Of a stretch of 64,000 nt of DNA, positions 55,669 to 63,766 are shown piece by piece. The number at the start of each line of letters is the position of its first letter. Positions within the stretch are counted from its first letter, which is position 1. The notes beneath the pieces are model-generated. The model worked only from the letters and a program-made list of their open reading frames with translations. It ran no database searches and was not told the DNA's origin. The DNA lies in the IMG/VR virus record IMGVR_UViG_3300025674_000014, one strand, 5' to 3'. This DNA is from a virus (Duplodnaviria > Caudoviricetes). The position numbers were made by a program, and so were the translations under genes.

Positions 55669-55974
55669 TTATTGTTCAATTGCTCCCTGTTTTAAAAATC
55701 GATTGTATATAATCTTACCTAATTCAGCTGAAAACTTTCTCACCTTATATTCAGGTTCATCAAAAAAGAAAGCATGACACATCTCTTCAATAAGAACATT
55801 TAGTTTACGTCGTTTACCTAGACGATCTTCAACCCAAATTTCAGGTTGTTCCGAATGAGGGTCTTCACAAAACCCGGATGCTCTGTAAGTTTTACTAATA
55901 TGACCAAAGAAAAGAGGCATTTCTATATTGTCATATCGGTGTACAATGTAGTCTGGTTCAGAAGTCGTAGCCAT
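55669..55974 (-). CDS. Small zincin-like protein with variant EExxH motif
   Basis: GFC..P....IWVE..L...LNVLIEEMCHAFF. Confidence 0.5.
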   Translation of the reverse strand: MATTSEPDYIVHRYDNIEMPLFFGHISKTYRASGFCEDPHSEQPEIWVEDRLGKRRKLNVLIEEMCHAFFFDEPEYKVRKFSAELGKIIYNRFLKQGAIEQ

Positions 55975-56548
55975 AATCGTTAGCAAGGTTAGAAAGTTCC
56001 TTATATAATAATTTAGTCTTATACATTTTCTCTAATTTTTCTTTATTACTACCTTGATTGACTGATATATGGTTAGGTTGAAATAGGTTTAAATTGTTTT
56101 CGCTCATGGTTTTAACGTTACCAATATTAAATTTTAACTTAAAGTTAGTAAGGTTATCATCAGTAACCTGGTAATTTAAATTAATTCTAGTCCATTCCGC
56201 AAGATACTCAATGTTATTATAAAAGTTTTCATATCTTAGTTCCTTTGTACAGTTAGGGAATTTGGTAAGTAGTTGTTTTGCCCAATGAAATTCTTGTTTC
56301 AATCTATCGTAGCATGAGGAGATGTTATCCAAAGTATAGTCTTTATTAAGGAACTCTAATAATGATGCAATACTAGCTACGGGATGTCTAAATAGAATAG
56401 GTGCAAAGTCAGTACCTTCAATAAAATCCATAGGAGATATCTCATATTTCTTTACCGAATAACCAGAAGTGCACTCGTTGAAGAAATTATAAACTAAAGT
56501 ACTACCTGTTCTCATAGGAGAACATACTAAAATGTAAGAAGCTATCAT
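55958..56548 (-). CDS. Sulfotransferase-like protein
   Basis: SPMRTGSTLVYN (5'-PAPS loop), FRHPVASIAS and LRYE motifs. Confidence 0.7.
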   Translation of the reverse strand: MIASYILVCSPMRTGSTLVYNFFNECTSGYSVKKYEISPMDFIEGTDFAPILFRHPVASIASLLEFLNKDYTLDNISSCYDRLKQEFHWAKQLLTKFPNCTKELRYENFYNNIEYLAEWTRINLNYQVTDDNLTNFKLKFNIGNVKTMSENNLNLFQPNHISVNQGSNKEKLEKMYKTKLLYKELSNLANDYGYDF

Positions 56549-57309
56549 GCGTTGTAAAGAATTGTTTTATCTTCTTTACCAATTATATCAGTCAAACTAT
56601 TAAATTTCCAGTCTTTTAATGCGTAAATTGTTTCTGATTTACCTAAAACAGCTGCCCAATAAGAAAAAGTACTATTAGTTATAAGTAAATTCTTAAAACT
56701 CATGAGGGTATAGAAGTCATTTATAGGTTTACCTCCACTATTATTATAGATTATAGGTGAATATTTTTCAAATTTATCTAATATAGGTTGATCGTAAACA
56801 TCTGTAACTATAAACAAACGATTGAAAAATATATTATCTATAAAATTCACTATTGCACCGGGATCTATTACCCAATCATTACATTTATAATCATTACCTA
56901 ATCGTAATGATATACACAAATCATCTTCATCACTGTCTATAAATTTAGATTCATCAACTTTAAAGTATTTTTTTACATCTTTACCGTTAAAGTATTTGTT
57001 ATCTTGAAAGTATCCTTCTACCCTTAAGTTCTTTTTATAAAAATCAGAATGTTTAAAACCATATTCATCTAATTTAAGTAGGTTATCTATATTATCTTCT
57101 CTTAACGCACAAAAAGAATTAATATTCAGTTTATGAAATTTATCTAATTTAAAGAATTCATCATAAAATCCTGAAAAGTGCGTTTCACCTTCGCTGAAAT
57201 TTATATCTGTTCTATAAGAAATGTTATATGTTTCAGCTATTACTCTTGCAAGAGCATACTGAAACATATTATTTCCAAATCTGCCTAGCTGTTGCCAGGT
57301 AACTATCAT
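56545..57309 (-). CDS. GT11 alpha-1,2-fucosyltransferase-like protein
   Basis: GRFGNNMFQYA, GYFQ, SLRLGNDY and DF..L......ITNSTFSYWAA motifs. Confidence 0.85.
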   Translation of the reverse strand: MIVTWQQLGRFGNNMFQYALARVIAETYNISYRTDINFSEGETHFSGFYDEFFKLDKFHKLNINSFCALREDNIDNLLKLDEYGFKHSDFYKKNLRVEGYFQDNKYFNGKDVKKYFKVDESKFIDSDEDDLCISLRLGNDYKCNDWVIDPGAIVNFIDNIFFNRLFIVTDVYDQPILDKFEKYSPIIYNNSGGKPINDFYTLMSFKNLLITNSTFSYWAAVLGKSETIYALKDWKFNSLTDIIGKEDKTILYNA

Positions 57310-57479
57310 CGTTTTCGGCGTCTCTTCCTACCGCCGAATAGGTTTGTATTAAGTCTACACAAACAATATTGTTTAAAATCACAAGGTTCACAATCACCGT
57401 AATGTGAAATGTCAGGTCTATGACAAGTATTATTACGTGATATATCCTCTACATGGGCTTTTAATTCATTCTCTGTCAT
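57306..57479 (-). CDS. 57 aa Cys-containing basic protein, absent from the ORF track
   Basis: MTENELKAHVEDISRNNTCHRPDISHYGDCEPCDFKQYCLCRL...RKRRRKR*; ATGA overlap with the GT11 start. Confidence 0.65.
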   Translation of the reverse strand: MTENELKAHVEDISRNNTCHRPDISHYGDCEPCDFKQYCLCRLNTNLFGGRKRRRKR

Positions 57480-57480
57480 C

Positions 57481-57633
57481 TTATCTAGGCTTTATAGGTT
57501 GTGGAATGACTTGCGTTTTATTTTTAATGTTAAGATCTTTACAAGTATCGCAAAGAAACTTTATCTTATCCTCTTGAATAAGATACATCTCCGTTTCTTC
57601 AAACGATCTTTTACATTTTTCACACTCTGTCAT
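57481..57633 (-). CDS. 50 aa zinc-ribbon-like protein, absent from the ORF track
   Basis: MTECEKCKRSF...FLCDTCKD...KPR* (CxxC..CxxC); TATAAT 6 nt upstream. Confidence 0.65.
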   Translation of the reverse strand: MTECEKCKRSFEETEMYLIQEDKIKFLCDTCKDLNIKNKTQVIPQPIKPR

Positions 57634-57679
57634 GATTTTATTATATAATCGATCTAATAATTAACAATTAAATACTTAT

Positions 57680-58000
57680 ATGAAAAAGTATCTGATATAT
57701 GTACATTGTTCATCCAAAGTAATGCGTCAGATTATTGAATCTTACTTACCTCATTATTTTACCATAGTTGATGATTCAGATGATAGCGAACTAATGATAG
57801 CTAGATTAGATGAAGATCTTTCACGAAATGATGCTATTAGTTATAAAAATAAAACTCTCTTTTTATGTACCGATGGTATGAATGAGTGTATAATTGATTA
57901 CGCTTCTAATAGAGAAAAAGGTACCACTTTTAAACTAGAGATACCTTTTTATAGACAAGAGTTAGTAGAAAAATTAGATGAAATGGGATTTACTGCATAG
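57680..58000 (+). CDS. Hypothetical protein
   Basis: ORF track; TAAATA 5 nt upstream. Confidence 0.65.
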   Translation: MKKYLIYVHCSSKVMRQIIESYLPHYFTIVDDSDDSELMIARLDEDLSRNDAISYKNKTLFLCTDGMNECIIDYASNREKGTTFKLEIPFYRQELVEKLDEMGFTA

Positions 58001-58319
58001 TAGGTACATCATTAAAATTACTGTAATATTCAACTGTTATTTTGAAGTCGGTGTTAGGTAATGATGTTTGCATTGTATAGTTAAAATATATTGTATCATT
58101 GGCCGCATCTAAAATTTTAGGATTACATTCTTCTTGTTTTTCATGAAAATCTGCATCTGGGTTATCAACTATAATTTCAAAATGCGGATCTAATGATGTA
58201 TCAACAGAGTTGTGTAACACACCTTTTGGAACCATCATATCGGTAATTGTATCTCTAGTATCTATAACTATAATACCTTCATCATTACTTGTTAGAATTA
58301 TTTCTACTGTATTGTGCAT
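57990..58319 (-). CDS. Hypothetical protein
   Basis: ORF track; TAAATA 9 nt upstream. Confidence 0.6.
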   Translation of the reverse strand: MHNTVEIILTSNDEGIIVIDTRDTITDMMVPKGVLHNSVDTSLDPHFEIIVDNPDADFHEKQEECNPKILDAANDTIYFNYTMQTSLPNTDFKITVEYYSNFNDVPTMQ

Positions 58320-58364
58320 AATTTTATGTATTTAATATAAGCTTTTTATTAATAAATATATTAA

Positions 58365-58655
58365 ATGATATTACATTTAAAAGTTACATCTACTTCTTTT
58401 GATGAAAGAACTCCTTTTTATCAAATTGTAACTCAAACTTTTTTTAGTGAAAGTAATAATTTAGAATACAAAGGTCGTTTTAAAGAAAAATTTAATTTTA
58501 ATGATAACAATCAGAGAGTGTCAGTTGTGAGAAGTTTATTAGATTTCTATGTAAAAGAAAACGATAACTTTGTTTTACTTGATAATGTTAGTGATTTAAA
58601 TGTAGTTGATCATCATAAAGGTAGCGGTTGCTGCCATTTAACTATAGATTTATGA
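58365..58655 (+). CDS. Hypothetical protein
   Basis: ORF track; TAAATA 6 nt upstream. Confidence 0.6.
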   Translation: MILHLKVTSTSFDERTPFYQIVTQTFFSESNNLEYKGRFKEKFNFNDNNQRVSVVRSLLDFYVKENDNFVLLDNVSDLNVVDHHKGSGCCHLTIDL

Positions 58656-58763
58656 ATCTCCAAGATAATCAAACATGTGTTCACCCTGTTCGGTAGGTAT
58701 GGACACATACTAATAAAAGTCAAGCTTTGTTTAATTTCACTCTGTTTTGAGTAAATAGCTTAG

Positions 58764-59432
58764 ATGGATAACATTGTGTTCTATAAAAATGGCGTAGTTT
58801 TTAGAGCTATACCTAAAAACGCATCTACTTACTTTAAGTCTAAAGTGCTAGATATGAATGCTGCTTATCTCGTAAGTGATCTATACGATGTTTACAATGA
58901 ACATACTGTTAAAGCATTTGTAGTTGTAGTAAGGGATCCATTAACTCGATTTTATTCTGCTATTGCTGAGGATACAAAAACTGAAACTATAATAGAAAAG
59001 TATGAGTTATCTAACCGCTCTTATGAGGAAAAGGTTGCAACCTATATTGAGTTACTTTATAAAAACTTTTACTCAAAGGAACTAACCGCAAAGGAGAGTT
59101 TTAATGAGTGGTCATGGGATAAATTTGGTTATTGTCATATGAGACCTCAGGTGCATTGGTTGTATGATTCAAAAGGTAATAGTATAAAACATTTAGTTAC
59201 TGATTACTTTAATGTTGAAGATATGTTCCTACAAAAAGACTATAGTAAAATTAATAAGTTCCTTACCGCACATAATTTAAATCTATTTGATTCTGATAGG
59301 TATAATTGCAATCTATTTAAGAGTTGTGAACTAGTGGATAGTATCGTGGGTAGTTACGGAATAACCACAGATGAGTTAGTAAATAAGGTGTACAAAGACG
59401 ATTATAATATGTTAAATATTATAGATGACTGA
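58764..59432 (+). CDS. Sulfotransferase family 2 (carbohydrate sulfotransferase-like) protein
   Basis: IPKNASTYFK, VVVRDPLTRFYSA and HMRPQVHWL motifs. Confidence 0.8.
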   Translation: MDNIVFYKNGVVFRAIPKNASTYFKSKVLDMNAAYLVSDLYDVYNEHTVKAFVVVVRDPLTRFYSAIAEDTKTETIIEKYELSNRSYEEKVATYIELLYKNFYSKELTAKESFNEWSWDKFGYCHMRPQVHWLYDSKGNSIKHLVTDYFNVEDMFLQKDYSKINKFLTAHNLNLFDSDRYNCNLFKSCELVDSIVGSYGITTDELVNKVYKDDYNMLNIIDD

Positions 59433-59811
59433 CAAGACTAATATAAAGGTAGACGATAATACTAAACTCGATATTAATATTAAATGGTTTTTACAAATCA
59501 TTACATTTACCCTATCTTTAGCATGGGGGTATTTTGAGTTAAAACACGAAATAGATGAATTAAAAATGAATAATGTTAAGAACGATGAGTATATTCGTCT
59601 TAATTCAGAGTTTCGAATCAAATGGCCTCTTGGACAATTAGGTTCTTTACCGGCAGATGCAGAACAAAATTTACGTTTAAATTATATAGATAAAGATCTT
59701 ATTAAGATAAACGAAATCATAGAAGAGTTACAATATAAATCTATAAAAAGAGATGCTTTAGATAGTGCGGGTAACTTAAATATTATTGATGGCCGCAACA
59801 TCAACAATTGA
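59425..59811 (+). CDS. Single-TM coiled-coil membrane protein (possibly lysis-related)
   Basis: Hydrophobic WFLQIITFTLSLAWGYF followed by a heptad-like region; TAAATA 6 nt upstream. Confidence 0.6.
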   Translation: MTDKTNIKVDDNTKLDINIKWFLQIITFTLSLAWGYFELKHEIDELKMNNVKNDEYIRLNSEFRIKWPLGQLGSLPADAEQNLRLNYIDKDLIKINEIIEELQYKSIKRDALDSAGNLNIIDGRNINN

Positions 59812-59890
59812 TTTTACCCGTTTAAAAGGAACACTAATAGTAATAATAAGAGAAGTATGATAATATCTCTTATACTTTTCATATTACTAT

Positions 59891-60682
59891 TTATGTTCCG
59901 TATTTCTTTCTTATAGTTTTAATGTTTTCATAAACCTCAGTTAGAGGTAATTCAGGAACACCTACTGGTGGACAACCATGCTTGCTTACAAAGTGTTTAG
60001 CACCGGTTACAATGTTATCTTGCCAATCAGCTCTTGGTCTAATAGTAGAGTTATCTTCACTACAAGCTTGTTCATCTATATAGTCATATGAGTTAGCTAG
60101 ATCAGGCCAATACCAATACCCGGGTATGTAACCAGCTTTAGCGATCATATAGGAATGATCAACATGTTCCCATGCATTATTATATTGTTCATCAAAGATA
60201 CCCACTTCATCTAATACATCTTTATGATAATAACAAAAGGAACCCACACAATGAAGATTGAATGCTATCTGTAGTTCCTTACTATACGGAACCTTAAACC
60301 TACAAATATGAATGTTTTGGTGTTTATTAGCTGGACCATGGTAACCGAACATTAAATGCTTTATGCCTGATACTTGGGAGGCTTCTATATACTTGTTAAA
60401 CACTTCTTTATCTTTAATAAGCATATCATCTTCTATAATAAAGATATGTTCAAAACCTTTCTCCATTAACTTACGGAACAAGATGTTCTTAGATTTACCT
60501 ACGCCTAAGTTCTCTACATTATAATGATAGTAATCTACTTTACTATGTTCCATATCATCCCACCCTAATATATCACCGTCATTGACTACCGCAGTGTATA
60601 TATCATCAGGTAAGGATTTAAGTAAATTATCTAAAAACTGTTCCCTATTACACGTTACAATTCCTATGCCTATATTGTTCAT
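59891..60682 (-). CDS. GT2-family glycosyltransferase
   Basis: Start revised to MNNIGIGIVTCNRE (the ORF-track start lies inside a tRNA); VVNDG, NLGVGKSKN, IEDDM, EHVD motifs. Confidence 0.8.
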   Translation of the reverse strand: MNNIGIGIVTCNREQFLDNLLKSLPDDIYTAVVNDGDILGWDDMEHSKVDYYHYNVENLGVGKSKNILFRKLMEKGFEHIFIIEDDMLIKDKEVFNKYIEASQVSGIKHLMFGYHGPANKHQNIHICRFKVPYSKELQIAFNLHCVGSFCYYHKDVLDEVGIFDEQYNNAWEHVDHSYMIAKAGYIPGYWYWPDLANSYDYIDEQACSEDNSTIRPRADWQDNIVTGAKHFVSKHGCPPVGVPELPLTEVYENIKTIRKKYGT

Positions 60683-60691
60683 AAAATAAAA

Positions 60692-60767
60692 TGGTAGGGT
60701 GACAGGGACTTGAACCCTGGACAAATGACTTAAAAGGCCACTGCTCTACCAACTGAGCTACCACCCC
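60692..60767 (-). tRNA. tRNA-Lys(UUU)
   Basis: GGGGTGG acceptor, D-arm GCTC/GAGC, anticodon loop CT-TTT-AA, TTCAAGT T-loop, encoded CCA; 76 nt. Confidence 0.95.
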
Positions 60768-60772
60768 TTGAT

Positions 60773-60847
60773 TGGCTCTAGAGGCTGGACTCGAACCAGC
60801 AACCAATCGGTTAACAGCCGATTGCTCTACCATTGAGCTACTCTAGA
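60773..60847 (-). tRNA. tRNA-Asn(GUU)
   Basis: TCTAGAG/CTCTAGA acceptor, anticodon loop CT-GTT-AA, TTCGAGT T-loop, encoded CCA; 75 nt. Confidence 0.95.
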
Positions 60848-60930
60848 ATAACCACCCTCCTAAGATAACATAATATATAGTAAGCCGGTAAATACAATCT
60901 ACATTACTATAGAAATATAGATCAGACATA

Positions 60931-61173
60931 TTAAAAGGATAAAGGATAATTACCTTCTACGCATATAATATATCTATAGTTACCTAAATTAGGTATGTTA
61001 GGTAAGGTAAATGTTTTACCTGCAGGGTCTTTGTAATCATCTTTATCACTTAACACCGAATACAATGCAGTATTATGTTCTATTTCTAACTCAGAACCAT
61101 CACACCATTTAAAGTGTTTAGGTAATCTTTTGCCAGACCATAATATAATTTCTCCTAAGTATCTTTCGTTCAT
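60931..61173 (-). CDS. Stand-alone phage tail-collar domain protein
   Basis: YLGEIILWSG..LP..F..CDGS.L....NTALYSVL....GKTFTLPN. Confidence 0.8.
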   Translation of the reverse strand: MNERYLGEIILWSGKRLPKHFKWCDGSELEIEHNTALYSVLSDKDDYKDPAGKTFTLPNIPNLGNYRYIICVEGNYPLSF

Positions 61174-61227
61174 ATCAATATATATGCGCGGAGCGCAAAA
61201 GCGTTTCCCCTTAGCTTACCGCGATGT

Positions 61228-61767
61228 TTATTCGTATATCGATACTGGTTCTGATTTACATATACTGCACCCAAACATACAATCACATGATTGGATTGGT
61301 TCTGATGATGATACCTTAGGTTTATTATTTTCATTCATTAAAAATTTCAATAAACCTTCAGTATCGAAATTCATAGACTTACATGCTTCTTTTATATCCA
61401 TACCGTCTAATATCATAGATCTCATATCATAGAACTCTCTAATCATTCTCTTTCGTTCACTATCATTGGCCGGTTGGTAAGTCTCAGATATTCCTGAGAA
61501 GTTGTCTTTAAAGTATTTGGTATTCCTAGGATACTTACTTAAGAAGTATTGCTCTACCTCACCCATTCTCTTATGGTTAACATTATTCTGATTAGCATAG
61601 ATACTTCCAATTACCTCAATATCATAATCTTTGTATTGCTCTGGCTCATGCTGAAAGCGTTTCATGACATCATAGTCATTAGTTGCTCCGTATTTTAGAA
61701 ACTTATAACCGTCTCTCTTATCTGTAAATTCTACAAGATATGCTTTTGTGAATGTCTTATTGTTCAT
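61228..61767 (-). CDS. Hypothetical protein, possibly GIY-YIG-like nuclease
   Basis: AYLVEF...FLKYGAT..DVMKRF and EQYFL pattern; function tentative. Confidence 0.5.
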   Translation of the reverse strand: MNNKTFTKAYLVEFTDKRDGYKFLKYGATNDYDVMKRFQHEPEQYKDYDIEVIGSIYANQNNVNHKRMGEVEQYFLSKYPRNTKYFKDNFSGISETYQPANDSERKRMIREFYDMRSMILDGMDIKEACKSMNFDTEGLLKFLMNENNKPKVSSSEPIQSCDCMFGCSICKSEPVSIYE

Positions 61768-61859
61768 GTTCGTTTATTATATCTTCTATCTAATTTTCGT
61801 TCAATTAAAAACTGTTACCACGATAAAACTTTTGTTCCGTTCACCGTGGGTATCGATCG

Positions 61860-62090
61860 CAAATTCCCCAATAACCCCCCAGCGATCGCGCAAAAAAGAA
61901 TTTCCCCGAGAATCTAAGAACCCAATATATAGGCTGTTTTCCCGCGAAAAAAATTTTTTTTGAGCATGCCGCTCTCCCATAACCCTTTTGCATTCACTAT
62001 AATGCAAATTCCGTTACCCTCTGCAGAGCATTACCCTCTCAGAGAGCGGGCCCCTCTCTCTCTGACGGCCCGCTCTCGATCAGTACTTAC
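61860..62090. other. Structured non-coding region with A7T7 palindrome and GC-rich inverted repeat
   Basis: A7T7 at 61947-61960; TTGCATT/AATGCAA hairpin near 61988-62007; perfect 11-bp IR GAGAGCGGGCC 62042-62052 / 62067-62077. Confidence 0.6.
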
Positions 62091-62092
62091 TC

Positions 62093-62566
62093 TCAGAATG
62101 GGTTGGCTCGCAATTCAGCTTCAGCCTCTTCTTCTGCACCCCATACTTGTTTATGAATACGCTCTAGGTTATCTTTACCAATCAACTCTTCCTTCCTCTT
62201 AAGATAGGCTTCAGTCTCATCACTCAGCTTGACCTCCTGCACTACTACAGACTCTGTAACAGCATTAATGTCAGGCTTAGCCTCTGCCGTAACCTTCCTC
62301 TTATTAGTCTTACCACGACTGTTCATAGCTACAATATCAAGCCAAGGCTTCTCTGTAGTCAATCGATTGAACGCCTCTACATCTTTGACCAACTCCATCA
62401 CATCCTTACCCTTATTGACTTGGGTAATCACTTCACGACATACGTAGAACTTCTTAAGATCTTCTACACTCACACCCAACCTATTAGCTTTATTCTGCAA
62501 GTAGGTATAGGTGGTTGGTCGGCTCTTCAATGACACTTGACACACAATAGTAGTTCCATTACTCAT
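62093..62566 (-). CDS. Hypothetical early protein, paralog of 49446-49796
   Basis: IVCQVSLKS..TTYTY..K....GVSVEDLKKFYVCRE. Confidence 0.75.
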   Translation of the reverse strand: MSNGTTIVCQVSLKSRPTTYTYLQNKANRLGVSVEDLKKFYVCREVITQVNKGKDVMELVKDVEAFNRLTTEKPWLDIVAMNSRGKTNKRKVTAEAKPDINAVTESVVVQEVKLSDETEAYLKRKEELIGKDNLERIHKQVWGAEEEAEAELRANPF

Positions 62567-62624
62567 AATCTTAATCTAATCTTTCTAATCTAATTTGTTA
62601 TCTGTTTATCTAACTTACTCTCTT

Positions 62625-62653
62625 ATTATATGATCGTTCCGTATCTCAATCAA
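62625..62653 (-). promoter_or_regulatory. sigma70-type early promoter, cassette copy 1
   Basis: TTGATT-17 nt-TATAAT; spacer contains ATACGGAAC. Confidence 0.85.
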
Positions 62654-62886
62654 CCATTATCTTGCTCATAGGTCCATCGCCATACCTCTTTGGAACTTCG
62701 GTCAGGGCCACCCACGACAGATTTATAGATCACTAGTACACTATAGTCGTCGGTGTACTTAGGTTGTGATGCAATTTCACGTGCTTCATTTAATGAAGTA
62801 TACACCCCGATAAATTCATGACCAAACTCACCGGCTTTAAGGACATAGGGTTCGTTATCCATTCCAAATAGTGTGTATATATCCAT
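62650..62886 (-). CDS. Small hypothetical early protein
   Basis: 78 aa; ends DNG*, stop inside the -35 box of the next promoter. Confidence 0.7.
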   Translation of the reverse strand: MDIYTLFGMDNEPYVLKAGEFGHEFIGVYTSLNEAREIASQPKYTDDYSVLVIYKSVVGGPDRSSKEVWRWTYEQDNG

Positions 62887-62909
62887 ATTGTTATCTAACT
62901 TACTCTCTT

Positions 62910-62938
62910 ATTATATGCTCGTTCCGTATCTCAATCAA
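62910..62938 (-). promoter_or_regulatory. sigma70-type early promoter, cassette copy 2
   Basis: TTGATT-17 nt-TATAAT; part of a ~58-bp near-exact repeat of copy 1. Confidence 0.85.
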
Positions 62939-63078
62939 CCATTATCTTTGACTGCTTCATACAACCAATCATCTGGGTTGAGAGGGTCGCCGCCTTCTTT
63001 GACAAAGCTCCTCACCTTGCCTGCTTTCATCAACTCATCCAATGCATCCATCACTTCTTGTTCTGTTATCTCATTCAT
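62935..63078 (-). CDS. Small hypothetical early protein (47 aa)
   Basis: Start revised to MNEITEQ after an AGGA RBS; ends DNG*. Confidence 0.65.
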   Translation of the reverse strand: MNEITEQEVMDALDELMKAGKVRSFVKEGGDPLNPDDWLYEAVKDNG

Positions 63079-63094
63079 ATTTGTTCCTATTAAT

Positions 63095-63316
63095 TTAGAG
63101 TTTTTCAATACCTTCAATCACCATGGTCTCTTGAGGACCCATCATCGCATCATCATCGAAGTTCGCCAGCTCATTGCATTCGAGCATATCGATCACATCA
63201 TCAGTGCTCATGTATTTGAGGCACATGCTTAGCATGCCCAGCGTTGATACAAACCCGTTCTCAACTAGTTCTATTGCTCGATCGCGAGGATCATTTGTTG
63301 TGTTGGTCTCAATCAT
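63095..63316 (-). CDS. Small acidic hypothetical early protein (73 aa)
   Basis: Start revised to MIETNTT after an AGGAG RBS, downstream of promoter copy 3. Confidence 0.7.
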   Translation of the reverse strand: MIETNTTNDPRDRAIELVENGFVSTLGMLSMCLKYMSTDDVIDMLECNELANFDDDAMMGPQETMVIEGIEKL

Positions 63317-63329
63317 ATTTGCTCCTATC

Positions 63330-63358
63330 ATTATATGCTCGTTCCGTATCTCGATCCA
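63330..63358 (-). promoter_or_regulatory. sigma70-type early promoter, cassette copy 3
   Basis: TGGATC-17 nt-TATAAT with the same spacer. Confidence 0.75.
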
Positions 63359-63435
63359 CTGATAAATATGCTTGAAGCTCAATGAGTTAGCGATCAGCAT
63401 CATCATCATTGTCGCAAGCATCATCATCTGCATCT

Positions 63436-63464
63436 ATTATATGCTCGTTCCGTATATCGATCAA
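63436..63464 (-). promoter_or_regulatory. sigma70-type early promoter, cassette copy 4
   Basis: TTGATC-17 nt-TATAAT with near-identical spacer. Confidence 0.8.
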
Positions 63465-63522
63465 CAGATATCTCAGAGATGAACAAGCTTTTTCGCAGCA
63501 GAAATCAACAACTTTTTATTAT

Positions 63523-63551
63523 TTGATGCTTATACGGAACTAACATATAAT
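63523..63551 (+). promoter_or_regulatory. Divergent sigma70-type promoter, cassette copy 5
   Basis: TTGATG-17 nt-TATAAT; spacer keeps ATACGGAAC; ATG 6 nt downstream. Confidence 0.8.
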
Positions 63552-63557
63552 ATTAGT

Positions 63558-63749
63558 ATGGCAGATAATATTAAGTTGACTAAAGCAGAAGAAGCTAATA
63601 TTCAAAAGTTGTTAAAGTCGTATGAAGACTATTATGGTGAATCTGCTAAATTAGTACATAAGTTAAAGTCATATGATAAGTCTGAAGTAGTCTATAAGAC
63701 AGAAAGTGAAGAGTACGAAGAATATTGTGATGAAAATGATTTGCTGTAA
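63558..63749 (+). CDS. Small acidic hypothetical protein, probably leaderless
   Basis: 63 aa ORF between a promoter and a terminator. Confidence 0.7.
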   Translation: MADNIKLTKAEEANIQKLLKSYEDYYGESAKLVHKLKSYDKSEVVYKTESEEYEEYCDENDLL

Positions 63750-63766
63750 TTAACTTTTTAATTATT

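Noticed and set aside
60648-60833. 61 aa minus ORF (MVEQSAVNR...) and the 60724 start of the GT2 gene
   Set aside because: Both overlap two clear tRNA genes
61180-61225. Small GC-rich hairpin TGCGC-GGA-GCGCA between two minus-strand genes
   Set aside because: Only a 5-bp stem with no U-tract on the relevant strand; too weak to call a terminator or ncRNA
61748-62202. Short ORFs 61748-61963, 61801-62007 and 61960-62202
   Set aside because: Mutually overlapping, no start signals, and they run across homopolymer and palindrome structure
63317-63433. Met-rich N-terminal extension MQMMMLATMMMM
   Set aside because: Arises from GAT repeats between two promoters; the ATG is only 2 nt from the -10 box; a downstream ATG has an AGGAG RBS
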